Assembly (NCBI RefSeq): GCF_001186125.1
Contig: NW_014040324.1
Span: 50,561-90,561 of the forward strand
Origin: Sphaeroforma arctica JP610
Taxonomy: Eukaryota
DNA length: 40,001 bases
Direction: 5' to 3'
In this document: in pieces, positions 11,755 through 23,121 of the stretch
Layout of the letters: every line of letters starts with the position of its first letter
Position numbering within the stretch: the stretch's first letter is position 1
Notes under the pieces: model-generated
Told to the model about the DNA's origin: nothing
Databases searched by the model: none
Seen by the model: only the letters and a program-made list of their open reading frames with translations
Made by a program: the position numbers and the translations under genes

Positions 11755-12157
11755 GAGGGCCAATACGCACTACCACCGTATATTCCCATGGATACTTACC
11801 ACATGCCTGTGTACCGTGCTTCAAGAACGTATGGGCTGTACGCGGGATCAGCAATGAATCTGATTGCATCATCGATAGAAGCAGAGGGAACCATGGCGCC
11901 CGTGTGTTCAACGGGAGTCACGCGACGCCCTGTCTGACAATATTTTACGAAGTACCTTATGTATAAGGCGCCATGGTGGATTCATCCATGCATTGTACTT
12001 GCTCCAGTCAAATTTTAAAAGCGCCTCCGTCTTTATCGTATGACCAGTATTGTCGTAGCTGAGCAGTGTCGCTTGATGCAAAGGCGTCAACGTGGTTAGG
12101 TCCGAAGTGGTTTTGAACCTGATCAAAGAAATCGGGATACAGCTTCCAGCACGATGT
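11755..12157 (-). pseudogene. DIRS-type DNA N6-adenine methyltransferase domain within family B pol
   Basis: CWKLYPDFFDQVQNHFGPNHVDAFASSDTAQLRQYWS...AFK/FDWSKYNAWMNPPWRLIHKVLRKIL (NPPW at 11971-11982).../TRAPWFPLLLSMM...VVRIGP; in frame with RNase H at its start. Confidence 0.88.
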
Positions 12158-12189
12158 GTAGAAGATAGCGAGAAAGTTGGTGTCCGCCG

Positions 12190-14052
12190 TGCCCTCATGA
12201 ACCCGGCACCACATGTCTGGTAATTTATTCAGTTCACCTGGAACATGTGCTATCACGAAGTTGAGTTGCGCAATGATGTGATGCCATCGTTGCAGCATGC
12301 TGTTCAATTTCAGTTGTGTGTTCATGTATATCAGCGCTTTGTGATCCGTGTGCACAGTGAAGCGCTGGCCTATTAAATGATCATGGAAGTGGACCAATGC
12401 ATATGTGAGCGCTAACAATTCCTTCATTGGTGTCGCTTATATCTGCTGCGCCTTGTTGAGAGTCTTTGAAAAGAACATCGGGTAGTGCTTGCGGCCGTCA
12501 ATTAACTGAAATAGTGCACCGCCGATACCCTAATCACTGACATCAGTCTCTAATTCGAGTCGAACCCCGTCAACCGGAAAATTTAACCGTACCGCAGATA
12601 CGATTGCTTCCTTCATCTGATCCCATGCCAATTGATGTTCTGGTTTCCAACGATCCCCAATCGGTTCCTTCGGCTTGAGTTTCGAGAACGATCGTAGTGG
12701 GGCCACTTTATGTGCAAAGTTAGATAAGTGCTCATGTAGAAAGTTCCCCAATGCAGATGCTATGTCCCTTTGGCATCGCGGCACTGGCCAGTCGATCAAC
12801 CGTTGTTGTTTCTCATGATCAGGGTCAATTTCTTTTGCAGAAACCTTCTTCCCTAGGACCTTAACCTCGCTTACTGCAAAGTGACACTTCTTCTGGTTAA
12901 GCTTGAGGCTGTTCTCGGCAAGCCGTCGGATGACCTCTTCCACTGTTGCAATATGTTCCTCGTAGTTATCAGATGCAATTATAAGGTCATCGACGTAGCA
13001 CTACACGTCTAAACCCGCCATCAGATTACTGATTGTGCGCTGGAATTGAGACGTGAGTGTCGACAATCCGAATGGGGCCGAAGTGAAGGAGTATTGGTTA
13101 CTGTCCCAAGTAAACGAGAACAAATGTTGTGAGTCCTCGTGCACGGGAAGGCGATGATATGCAGCCAATAAATCTAACGTGGTATAATATCGCTTGCCTC
13201 TTAAGTTACTAATAATCTCATTGACCTTCGGTAGCGTAAACTGGTCGCCCGGAATAAGGGCGTTGATCTGTCGCAAATCCAAACACACCCGAACCTTAAT
13301 GAGTTTCCCCGATGGTGTAAATGATGGTACTGCTAGTAAAGGCAGGTTGACCACTGACGCCGACGTACGACGTTTGGTCACCAATTCATGTTCCCATTTA
13401 TGTACCTGTTGCGTGGCGTGTGGTTTGTACTTGTCTGACACAAAGTTCCGTGTTTGTCGTCGAAGACCCAAAATTTTATCGCGAGGTATGGGGAGGGATA
13501 CTTCGCTACCTGGTAGAGTACATCGAACGGCATCCAAAATGGTCTCGTTGGCATCTAAATACTGGCGTAGTCGTTGCCGTATATCCTCAGCCTCGGACAA
13601 ATCTGGTGCCATGCGCATTTTGGAAACAGAGTTGATGGTCGAGTAAGACCTAAGCCCAATTCGCCCATAATATTCATTCCCAGAATTACATCAATATTAT
13701 CGGGTAAATTCATAAGTTCAAACGTACAACCTGTAGCAGACTTTGTACCATATTGAACCGTCGTGGCGTGTATCTTGCCAGGGCGCGGAGTGCGAAAAGC
13801 TTTGTCCGCCAAGTATATGTAACTGTCCTTAGCTGGTGGTGTAATGGACAGGTGCGCCTTTGCTGCGGATGTCTGAGTAATAACGGAGCGGTTCGCCCCC
13901 GTATCAGTGAGTGTGCGCATCGCATTTCCGTTGACTTGTAACGTAACATATACACGGTTGTCAGTAAGGAACAATTTATCTTTTATTGCAAATATTCGTG
14001 TTGCCGTTCGACCAAACGTCACACACACGTTTAACTCAGACACTTCAACAAC
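12190..14052 (-). pseudogene. Protease, reverse transcriptase and RNase H of element B
   Basis: DTGA aspartic protease motif; Ty3/Gypsy-type RT motifs including YVDD; RNase H ELETDVSD...ELLAL...TDHKAL...HVPGELNKLPD. Several frameshifts and stops. Confidence 0.9.
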
Positions 14053-15882
14053 TCAATTTGAGCTTGGCTCCTCTTCCCACTCGGCTGGCCCTTGCTCGGC
14101 CTCCATCAACTCATCTTCACTGTCCACATACGACTCGTCGACCATATTATGAATATGCATCACCTCACTTTCTCCTACCTCATCTGGCGTCAGATCAGGC
14201 ATATGATCATCCCCATCCACGAGATTAACTCGAGGACGGAAGTTATTACCCGACGCCTGTTGTGTGGGAGTGGATGTTCCTCCAGCCAATGTACGGTGTG
14301 GTGGCGCACCCCCACGTTGCGTATGGCTGCCCGTGTTCGTTGCTGTCGGTACATGGTGCGTGTGCTGGGCCAGGAGGGAAATTCTGCTCACATGACCGAC
14401 ATTGAGCCTTAGGGTTCGATGCTGGCGGCGCATGCGGATTAGCTCGTGTGTTGGCCTCCACACGCGTTCGTGTGCGTGAACGTGAACACCCGGGGATTTG
14501 CAGTGGTCGGGATAGGTTTGCCCGACGGTGTTCTTCCGCCTTATCAATACTCACCCGAAATACATCACGCATTTGTGCCGCGGAATATTCCCGCCAATTA
14601 GGGTGCATACGAAGAGTATCACGGTAATATGCACCCCCCGCAGTTTGATTCATTAGGTTGAGCATACCATGGTTGCGGTATACTTGTAGTGGATTATCAT
14701 ACTGTCGCATCTCCATAAAGTCTACTTTGCGTTCAAAATCCCAAAGTTGTGTCCCTAGTGGCACCGAAGGGTTTAACTTCATGCAAGCCAATACATTTTT
14801 TGTATGCGTTATTCTCCAGATCTTGTTCGTGTGTGCGTACAATCTAAGCAGTGGCGTCCAGAAACGACATGGACTGCAATTTTTGTCCGTTCTCTACAAT
14901 AAAATTCAAAAACGCCTTGGGTGCTCCTTCTTTCTGTAGTGCCCTATGTAGGCCCATCTGCATATGAATCGGTTCTAATTTGTGAAATTTCGCATTCTTA
15001 TGCCAATCCAAAATAAACGCATGCAACTGTATCTTCTGCGAACTATCCAAATAATAGCTGCCCTGTGGATTAGGTGGCCATTCCTTGAGTGTTCGTTTAT
15101 CTACCGTTATTGAGCAAGTCTTCAACGTCTCGTTAGATGTGCGAATTAAGCCCTGCAACGAACGAACGTCCTCAGTGCATCCTTCAGCTTCTGCTTGCAT
15201 CATACGTTGGGTGAGAAGGAATACCTGCGTTTTCATCTCTGCCGCGGTAGCTTCAGCAATGCACGCCTCCGTAGGTGGTGATATCTTACGTTGTTTCACG
15301 TCCTGCGGGTCTTCTACGTAACGATCGTGGTAAACAGGAAAGTGCTTACGGTATGCAAGTGTATCGATAGGTACATTTGCATTATCCTGGCAGTTCTCCT
15401 CTCTTTCTTCTGGAGATTCCGGACGACGATGCTGTTGTAATTTGTTCTTGTATAAATTCGCTGCCGCTTGACCGTGAGTAGGCTGTTGGCGTGAAGGTTT
15501 CATCACTTTGCGAAATGCCTCAAAGGACCGCTTCGCCGTCGATGACAACTTTTAAGCGGTGGCCATGTCCATATGTAAGTCCGTTGGGTCCAAAAAAATT
15601 CTACCAGGTGATTTCACCAAAGTTGTCGATTCCTGATACCAATCCGGACCATCAGCCTGCATCTCATCAGGAATCGGAATCGTCTGAGCTCGATTTTGAG
15701 CGTTCTTCAGCAACCGCTCTCTGCGCGTAACATAGACATTCTCGTAAGGAGCCACTTGAGGTACGGGCTTCGTGCGACCAATCCTGCGCTTCACCGGGTT
15801 AATTTTCTTCCTGTTGATAGTCCCGCTGTTAGGTGACTGGTCGGTTGGTGGCAACTCTGCCTGTGTTGGGTATTGAGGAGCA

Positions 15883-16771
15883 AAACTACCGCCCATTGGC
15901 CCTGACCTTCTTCAGCAATTACAGGAGTGCCACGACTTCCACGGTATCTNNNNNNNNNNNNNNNNNNNNNNNNNNNNNNNNNNNNNNNNNNNNNNNNNNN
16001 NNNNNNNNNNNNNNNNNNNNNNNNNNNNNNNNNNNNNNNNNNNNNNNNNNNNNNNNNNNNNNNNNNNNNNNNNNNNNNNNNNNNNNNNNNNNNNNNNNNN
16101 NNNNNNNNNNNNNNNNNNNNNNNNNNNNNNNNNNNNNNNNNNNNNNNNNNNNNNNNNNNNNNNNNNNNNNNNNNNNNNNNNNNNNNNNNNNNNNNNNNNN
16201 NNNNNNNNNNNNNNNNNNNNNNNNNNNNNNNNNNNNNNNNNNNNNNNNNNNNNNNNNNNNNNNNNNNNNNNNNNNNNNNNNNNNNNNNNNNNNNNNNNNN
16301 NNNNNNNNNNNNNNNNNNNNNNNNNNNNNNNNNNNNNNNNNNNNNNNNNNNNNNNNNNNNNNNNNNNNNNNNNNNNNNNNNNNNNNNNNNNNNNNNNNNN
16401 NNNNNNNNNNNNNNNNNNNNNNNNNNNNNNNNNNNNNNNNNNNNNNNNNNNNNNNNNNNNNNNNNNNNNNNNNNNNNNNNNNNNNNNNNNNNNNNNNNNN
16501 NNNNNNNNNNNNNNNNNNNNNNNNNNNNNNGATCCGTACCACAGAGGTGGGTACTCTACTTAGTAGGTCAGCAAGCGAATATATGGAACATTCGATAGTA
16601 ACAGCGTTTTGTTAACACCGGCCCGAATTGACTCAGCACATATCTTCCATTGTCGACTCACATGGCCCAAGCTTCAAACGGGAATTTACTGACCACTTCT
16701 TCGCCATTCCATATGTTCATACATTGTATCATACATACTTGCCATTTTTGAAATAAACAATATTATCCCTA
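15883..16771 (+). mobile_element. Unclassified repeat C, copy 3 (spans an assembly gap)
   Basis: 15883-15949 matches 7202-7267; 16531-16771 matches ~7614-7892 with a small deletion; same CCCTA end. Confidence 0.8.
15950..16530. other. Assembly gap (N run)
   Basis: N bases. Confidence 1.
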
Positions 16772-17229
16772 TGTTGTTGCACTGTTGGTTCGGCCTCAGT
16801 CTCAGAAAAACCATCATCCACTGTCGCCTGGGCCGTGTCCTGGGGCATAGACGTGTCAATATCTGCCAGTGACAATTGATGGCGTTGGCGGAGTTGCTCT
16901 CGAATGAGGCGACTCTTTTCCTTTGCCTCCTTCACATGTATCATCGTATTCAGGTGTCCTGCTTGATCTGCAATCCATGCTGGGGCTCGGCTAAGCCTAG
17001 CCAAGGTTCGGATTGAGTACTGGGCCTCCTCCAAAAGCAAATGAGTCAATTCCAATTGAATTATCACCTTCTCGTCGTCTTCGGGTTCAGGTTGCTTGGC
17101 ACGTGCTGTGTCCACCTTATTGCATAGCTCGGTCAAATGGCGGATCGTTCCAAGCAACCGTTTCATAAGTTGGTCACAGGCTTGCTTACCCACCGTAGGC
17201 AGCGGTCTAGTCTCGGGTCCCGTCATCGT

Positions 17230-18374
17230 TGTGAAAAATAAAATGATAAAAGTAACCTAATTTGCTTCTTAGTTACTTAACCTTTAAAGAACGTATTATA
17301 ATAAATATAGTAGTTCGGTCACTTAAAAATGTGGTCAAAACTAAGTAACACTTAGTAAAGAGTGTTAAGTCTGAAATAAGTGAACTCAGTCAGAAGTGCT
17401 GTTATGATCGGCGCGTCTGCTGTATTTATTATCACGTTCCTGTGTGGAACGAGATTTTCTCTAACGGGTAATTATGAAAATACCTGTATCTATGGTTTTC
17501 GTTTCCCGGTTACTAAATTATGATGACACCTCTTGAGTCATCAATCTTTCATATCAAATTCTCTATCTTAATATTAGGTCCGATCCCTCTGAGTACGGTC
17601 CTAAAATATATTACTTAGGTCCGCTCCTCTGGTCCGGTCCTAAAATTCCACTTGTAGGTTGGGCCCTCTGGTCCAGCCCTCAATGCCCGTCCAGGGTACT
17701 TTGTCCACAATGTGCATAAACACATACATGCGCATACATGTGCATAATCACATACATGAACATATGTAATAAGCCGGGCCTCCACATTAGACTCTATGTA
17801 TAAACGTACTCTTAAGCAGTACGCAAATTATAAACGTACTCTTAATAGTACGAGGAACTTAAGTTTCCTAAATGTACTCTTAATAGTACGAGGAACTTAA
17901 GTCTCCTAAATGTGCTCTTAAAAGCACAAACCTTCTCCATTTAACATATCAGATATTTGGATGAGGCCATTAAAAAGCCTCAGTAAAATACCAAACATAA
18001 AAGGGTTGGTCTAGTTCTATTAATAGAGCTTTATTTACTTTCCAATTTTATTTATATCTGAATACTTCGGTAGCGAGATGGCTCAACCGAATATAGGTTT
18101 CTAGGGACTATTTACGTTACCTAGTTGGTCCTCCGATCAGCCAACCAGATGTGCCAGTCTGATGAAGTCTAAGTCGGTAATTCTTGATAGTGGCAAGTTA
18201 TTGGTTAAGACAATAACTAAAGGCGTCACGAGTATTTTTATTTTTATTTCTTTTTTCTAAAGATAGGATTTTATGAGTCTCTCGGATTCGCCCCAGAATA
18301 GAGCGACAACGGAACACTAAATAAAATCCCTTCGGCGGAGACAGTACTGAGAGGATTATTTTTCTTGTCTAAGC
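17230..18374 (-). repeat. LTR (~1.15 kb), most likely the 5' LTR of element B; contains internal hairpin repeat arrays
   Basis: 17842-18374 repeats 9306-9817. On the minus strand it ends in ...TTTTCACA at 17230, complementary to the TGTGA start of the other copy. Minus-strand TATAAATA near 18048-18056 and AATAAA near 17425-17430. Confidence 0.65.
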
Positions 18375-18414
18375 TAGTCGTTAAGAGACAAGCTAGTAGT
18401 CATAAGGTAAGATT

Positions 18415-21400
18415 ATGACCAAGAAAGACAACACTCCTTCTAAGAAGCGTAGAGCTGAAAAGAAGAAGATGGAGAGAGAAGTCGCTAACGCTGCCGCAGC
18501 TATTACTGCTGCAAAAGCAACCGACGCCGCTGCTGATGCATTTAAGCGCACTGTAGCCAAAGTACTTGCCTCTGACAATTATAGTCATAAGGACAATGCT
18601 TCAGATAAGGAAGTAGCCACTCCGCTTAAGGAGACTACTCTTTCTGACAGAGCCCGAGGGCCAACTATTGCCTCAACTTCAAAGCTTGCATTAACGATGC
18701 CAAGAAGTGAGACAAGGGATACGTCTCAAGACGCCCCAACCCATTCTTCTGACGAAAATCAAAAAGGAAAGTCCCCAATTATGAGGGCGTCCCCAATTAT
18801 AGGGGACAAAGACAAATTTCAGAAGGAACCTATTATAGAACCAGAAGAGGAGGCAAGCTCAAGTAGCAAAACCGAATCTACGTCCGAGACTTCTAAGCCA
18901 AAGGACATAAGTAAGTTAAGTACTAAATACGCTGATCTTAAGAATCAGTTAGCTACTATAATGAAAGACTTGACTGTCGAACATGTAGGTCAATTAGAAA
19001 GATCAGGAAACCTTAAACAGCACTTACGCGAGCATGTTTCCCCGGGCATTACTGAAGCCCTACAGAAGTGGACAGAACGTCGACAGGCAATTACGCCCAA
19101 AGACTCGAGCTCGACACCTGAGCCATATGATCCAGAGGTGCACAGCGTCGATATACTGTACGAGGCATTACTGCCAGAAGAACAGGCTAATCATTCGCTT
19201 GTTCTGACACCCGGCCGTGAGTCACCTGTCCTCAAAGGTATTATAGACCGAGAGGTAAGAATATATACTCCGCCACTTGTACCCAATTGGGAGGATAATC
19301 GTCGGAAACCAGTTAAGACTGGATATGTTATTCTGACGCCAAGGGATATTAATCATCCCCGCAGACATGTGAACGATGTCGAGTTTAATCGCTTCGACCG
19401 CACGGCTTTACACCAACCCGCAGAGGATTTCCACTTTGACGAGGTGACCGGCCTTAATAAATCGGTCAACGACTATTCCAATAAAATGATAGTCGCCCAT
19501 GCTGCACATCATGCTGATGACGTAGCATACTATGCAAATATTATTGCGATTAAGTAAAAGCGCATAGACCAAATACTTCAGGCCCAACGTGGACAAGACC
19601 ACAGGAACAACCAGAAGTACAAGGGACAGATCAGTCGACTTAAGTCGAACTTGGATGCCAACAGCATGCAGGTCGAGTTTATAAACAACCATGACCTCGA
19701 CACGCTAACTCGTACACTTAATGCGTTTACGGTCATGCTGGAGACGAATGATATCGCTTCCCAGCAATGGATCTCTGACTTAATGCAAACATTTGACCCT
19801 ACAGGGACCAGTTATCTGATCTTGCAGCGACACCAGCATGAGCTAGACACTTGTCGTGACTGTCCAGCTGTGTGTTGGTTGGTCATATCCTTGTTAAGTA
19901 AAGATATACGTAGCCCTGGGCTAAGTTCAATTTTAAATGAACCAGCCGAGAATACACCCCTTCAGAGTTATATTCTGAAGTTAGACGCTGACCTGAAACG
20001 TCCCGATATAACAAAGGACAAGGCACAGCGATGGTACGAATTCCTGGTTATGCACGTGTTCTGTAAGAACATAGGGAGTAACGACCGTGAGAGTCTGTAC
20101 ACCGAGTTGCGACGTAAACACGCGACTGAGGCTCGAGACAAGGGACATGAAACAAAGTTTTATCTATCCCGACTTACATGGGAATAGTTTTATGATACTG
20201 TATCCAGTCTTTTTCCCGCACATCGAGTAGCATCGAAGGGAAAAGCGGCTGTTGACCCCAACATACACGTGCTCGCGAATCCACTTCAACCACGCGACCC
20301 AATAAATGGGCACGCGCAGGAGCGAAGGACATGGAACCTCCATTGAAGAAGTTAAGAAATGTGCCGACGCCCAGTGTGGGTATGACATGTACCAGTTAAC
20401 TCCTAACGGTTATTGGAATGGTAGACATGCATCCACCTGTACACACTTTCTTACTAAGTGTGGCAAGTGTGAGAAGACCAATGGTTATCACACTAAGTCT
20501 TGTGACCAAAACCTAACATTAAGTTGGAGTGACGGTACTACCAGGTACAATCATTACACAGACAACACAGCGACTCTTTAGATGAGAGTGTAATAATCCC
20601 TGTATATTGCAATGGAAATAGAATCCTTGCGTTGATTGATCCTGGTTCAGAAATTTCATGTATATCCGATCGCTTTGCATTAATGAAAGATATCGAAAGG
20701 AGAACACAAATAACTCATCTCATTTTAGCTGATGATAAAACTACTAAGTGTGATACCATGGCCACAGATGTTAAAATCTCCCTGGCCGATGATAGGAGTT
20801 TACTACTCAAGCTGTGATAGTTAAGATGTCACAGAAGTACGACATTATAGTTGGAATGAGTGATTTACTCACTCTAGGTATAACCGTAACTGGTCTACCA
20901 AACTAACACAGATCCATTAAAGGATCAATCAGATGATAACTGCCTGAATCCATATAAGCCCCCGTCAGACACAGTCAAGGCATTAATACCTGACTTTGCG
21001 GAGAAAATCATGGATCTGATTCTTGATATTAAGAAAATAAAGATCACAGATTGGGCAAAATTCCGCTTTAACGACGGATATGTCAGCCTTGACTTAACCA
21101 AGGTAGACGTTACACAGTTAAAGTGTCCCTCAAGGAACTATGTATCCTGGAGACACGAGGCTGTTGTAAAAGAACAAGTTGAGAAATGGCTAGCAGATGA
21201 TGTGATAGAAATTAACTATCAACAAACGCCAGTTTACCTGACACTGCTAGCCGTAGATCAACATAACTTTGACGGATCATTTAGGAAATTCAGAGTATGT
21301 TTAGATATGAGTCCAATAAATAAATTATTGCCGACTCATAGCTTTCCCCTACCTCGTATTAACAAGCCACTGCGAAGGAAGGAAGGTGCTACAGTGTTTA

Positions 21401-22078
21401 CAACTATAGACCTTACACAAGGATACCATCAAATGCAGGTATATGAACCCCACCGTAAATACTTTAGCTTTACGTGGAAAGGCAATCAATACCGGTTCAG
21501 AGGTGCACCTTTCGGGTTACNNNNNNNNNNNNNNNNNNNNNNNNNNNNNNNNNNNNNNNNNNNNNNNNNNNNNNNNNNNNNNNNNNNNNNNNNNNNNNNN
21601 NNNNNNNNNNNNNNNNNNNNNNNNNNNNNNNNNNNNNNNNNNNNNNNNNNNNNNATAGATGACATAGTCATATTTTCGAAGACTACAGGTGAGCACACCG
21701 CATTAGTCAGACGAGTCCTTAAGAGACTTAATGAGCAAAACAACAAGATTAACGAGAAGAAATGCCACATCGCAATAAGCGAAATACAGCCATTAGGCTA
21801 CCATATATCTGGGGATGTTATCAAGATCAACCCTGGTAAGGTAGAACACCTGTTAGATTGGCGAACACCAACTACAGAAAGAAACTTCTTTTCAGATGGA
21901 GTACCACACTTAGCTGACTACCTTAAACCTTTTGGATACTTAAGATGTCATAAAGGCAAACTAGGAGACTTGTGGACTAAATAATGTGATGACGCATTTA
22001 AAGCGCTCAAATACGCAGTCCAACAAGCCCCAGTTATACAAGGGCCAGTCGATGGCGTGCCGTTTGAAATAGCAACGG
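18415..22078 (+). mobile_element. Ty3/Gypsy family A, copy A2: gag, protease, RT, start of RNase H; 3'-truncated
   Basis: Long gag (18415-20532, with premature stops) containing CGKC...H...C; LIDPGS protease; RT FRVCLDM, GYHQM, APFGL, IDDIVIFS; ends at EIAT(D). Colinear with A1. Confidence 0.9.
21521..21654. other. Assembly gap (N run)
   Basis: N bases. Confidence 1.
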
Positions 22079-23121
22079 GTTCGAATTTACCTACTATGGC
22101 TGTCATAACACTCCCAGGTGGTGCCTTGACGTACTCCATAGTTGCGTGTACACCTTTTGGCAAATCATTCATATCGTCAAAGTGTCGAGGCTTGTAGCTG
22201 CGTGTATTATCTACATCTACTAGTTTCTTCAATTCAGATGGGAAATCAAGACGGACTAGCATTTCCGTAATTGCTTCCTTTGAAAAGATGAAAGCATCCC
22301 CTTCATCACCTGTATACGATTCCATTCCCGACTTTTCCCCTTCTTGACCTCCCAGCAAATATTTCTTGAAGTTGCGGTGTCGGGAGCAAAGCTAAACAAA
22401 ATGATATAAAAATGATCAATATACAAAGAAAAATCAAATACAGATGACACGACATATATTACAATAATAGTACAAAGCTGTAAATAGCATCAGTATACAT
22501 ATGTCATACCTTGTTCCATCGATTTTGAAGCTGTTGATCAGTGTAGCCTTTGCCATCATCTCCTATTTGATTTAGCGTTTTATTGCCAACGGCAGTCCAG
22601 CCACTATTTTGTAGATTCTTGCATTTTCCATCCGGGCCCATTGGTGCACCTAGTCCAAATTTGATATAATCCATGTATGCTGAAACTAATGTCGTGTCTC
22701 GAAAACCCCCATCATTATCCCAATCCGCTCTGGGCATTTTTCCGGTAGAAGCCGATTTTTTTCTTTGACTTTGTCGCATTCTTCGACAAATCATCACAAA
22801 CGCTAGCTCGTTTGGACTTGAAAGTGGGTAGTATAGGATTAAGTATGTAGAATTGTCGACATACAAAGTAGATGTTGGATGATTCGGAATAATTGGATTG
22901 AAATTGAAATCGAGATGATCAAGCTTTGATGGTGATGGATCGGGCAATGCGTGCATAGTTTGAATTTTTGAGATCGGGCTGTGTATTTTGTTTTGTGTAG
23001 ATATATGGCTATTTTGATCAGCCACGTCAGACGAATCTTCAACCGATTCATTCCCAGTGACCTCATCTTCCTCCACAAGAGAATCCATGGATCTAGGCGC
23101 GTGAGATGGGGTTGCACTCAT
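22079..23121 (-). pseudogene. Myb/SANT-like DNA-binding protein of the PIF/Harbinger accessory-ORF type, 3'-truncated at the junction with A2; intron 22392-22509
   Basis: RADWDND...LVSAYMDYIKFG...NSGWTAVG...YTDQQLQNRWNK|LCSRHRNFKKYL...KSGM...PRHFDDMNDLPKGVHATME. The GT-AG intron splices in frame. The start codon is uncertain. Confidence 0.65.

Larger units (their letters stand above)
14053..17226 (-). pseudogene. Long gag-like ORF of element B (disrupted; contains repeat C copy 3)
   Basis: ORFs 16729-17226, 15552-15896, 14844-15548, 14246-14842 and 14053-14547 chain together. The C insertion excises in frame (caa ca|t gct cct = QHAP). A Cys/His cluster CRSC...H.PC lies before the protease. 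Confidence 0.7.
9306..18374 (-). mobile_element. Ty3/Gypsy (chromovirus-like) LTR retrotransposon family B, near full-length but degenerate: LTR-gag-UGA-PR-RT-RH-MTase-IN-chromo-LTR
   Basis: Gag runs 17226 to 14053 (split by repeat C); protease TLTDTGAN; RT RVCLDLRQIN, LDLLAAYH, APFGL, YVDD (12986-12997); RNase H KELLAL...VHTDHKAL; MTase NPPW; integrase HEQGH...CRTC, PWDHIQMD, GPY. Flanked by direct repeats. Confidence 0.85.

Noticed and set aside
15833..16615. Long ORFs filled with X (also 26719-27979)
   Set aside because: Artefacts of N gaps.
16729..17226. Stand-alone antisense accessory ORF of element A2
   Set aside because: It joins in frame to B gag once repeat C copy 3 is excised.
17575..17930. 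CRISPR-like array
   Set aside because: Degenerate tandem units without unique spacers, inside a eukaryotic LTR, with no cas genes.
18150..18320. Hammerhead ribozyme (CTGATGA at ~18159 and ~9589; TTATGAGTC...GAC...GAAAC)
   Set aside because: CUGAUGA is not followed by stem II plus GAAA, and the second candidate lacks the core bases and stem III.
9306..18374. Classifying A or B as DIRS elements because of the MTase
   Set aside because: Both have an aspartic protease, Ty3-type RT/RNase H and an HHCC-DDE integrase; no tyrosine recombinase is seen.
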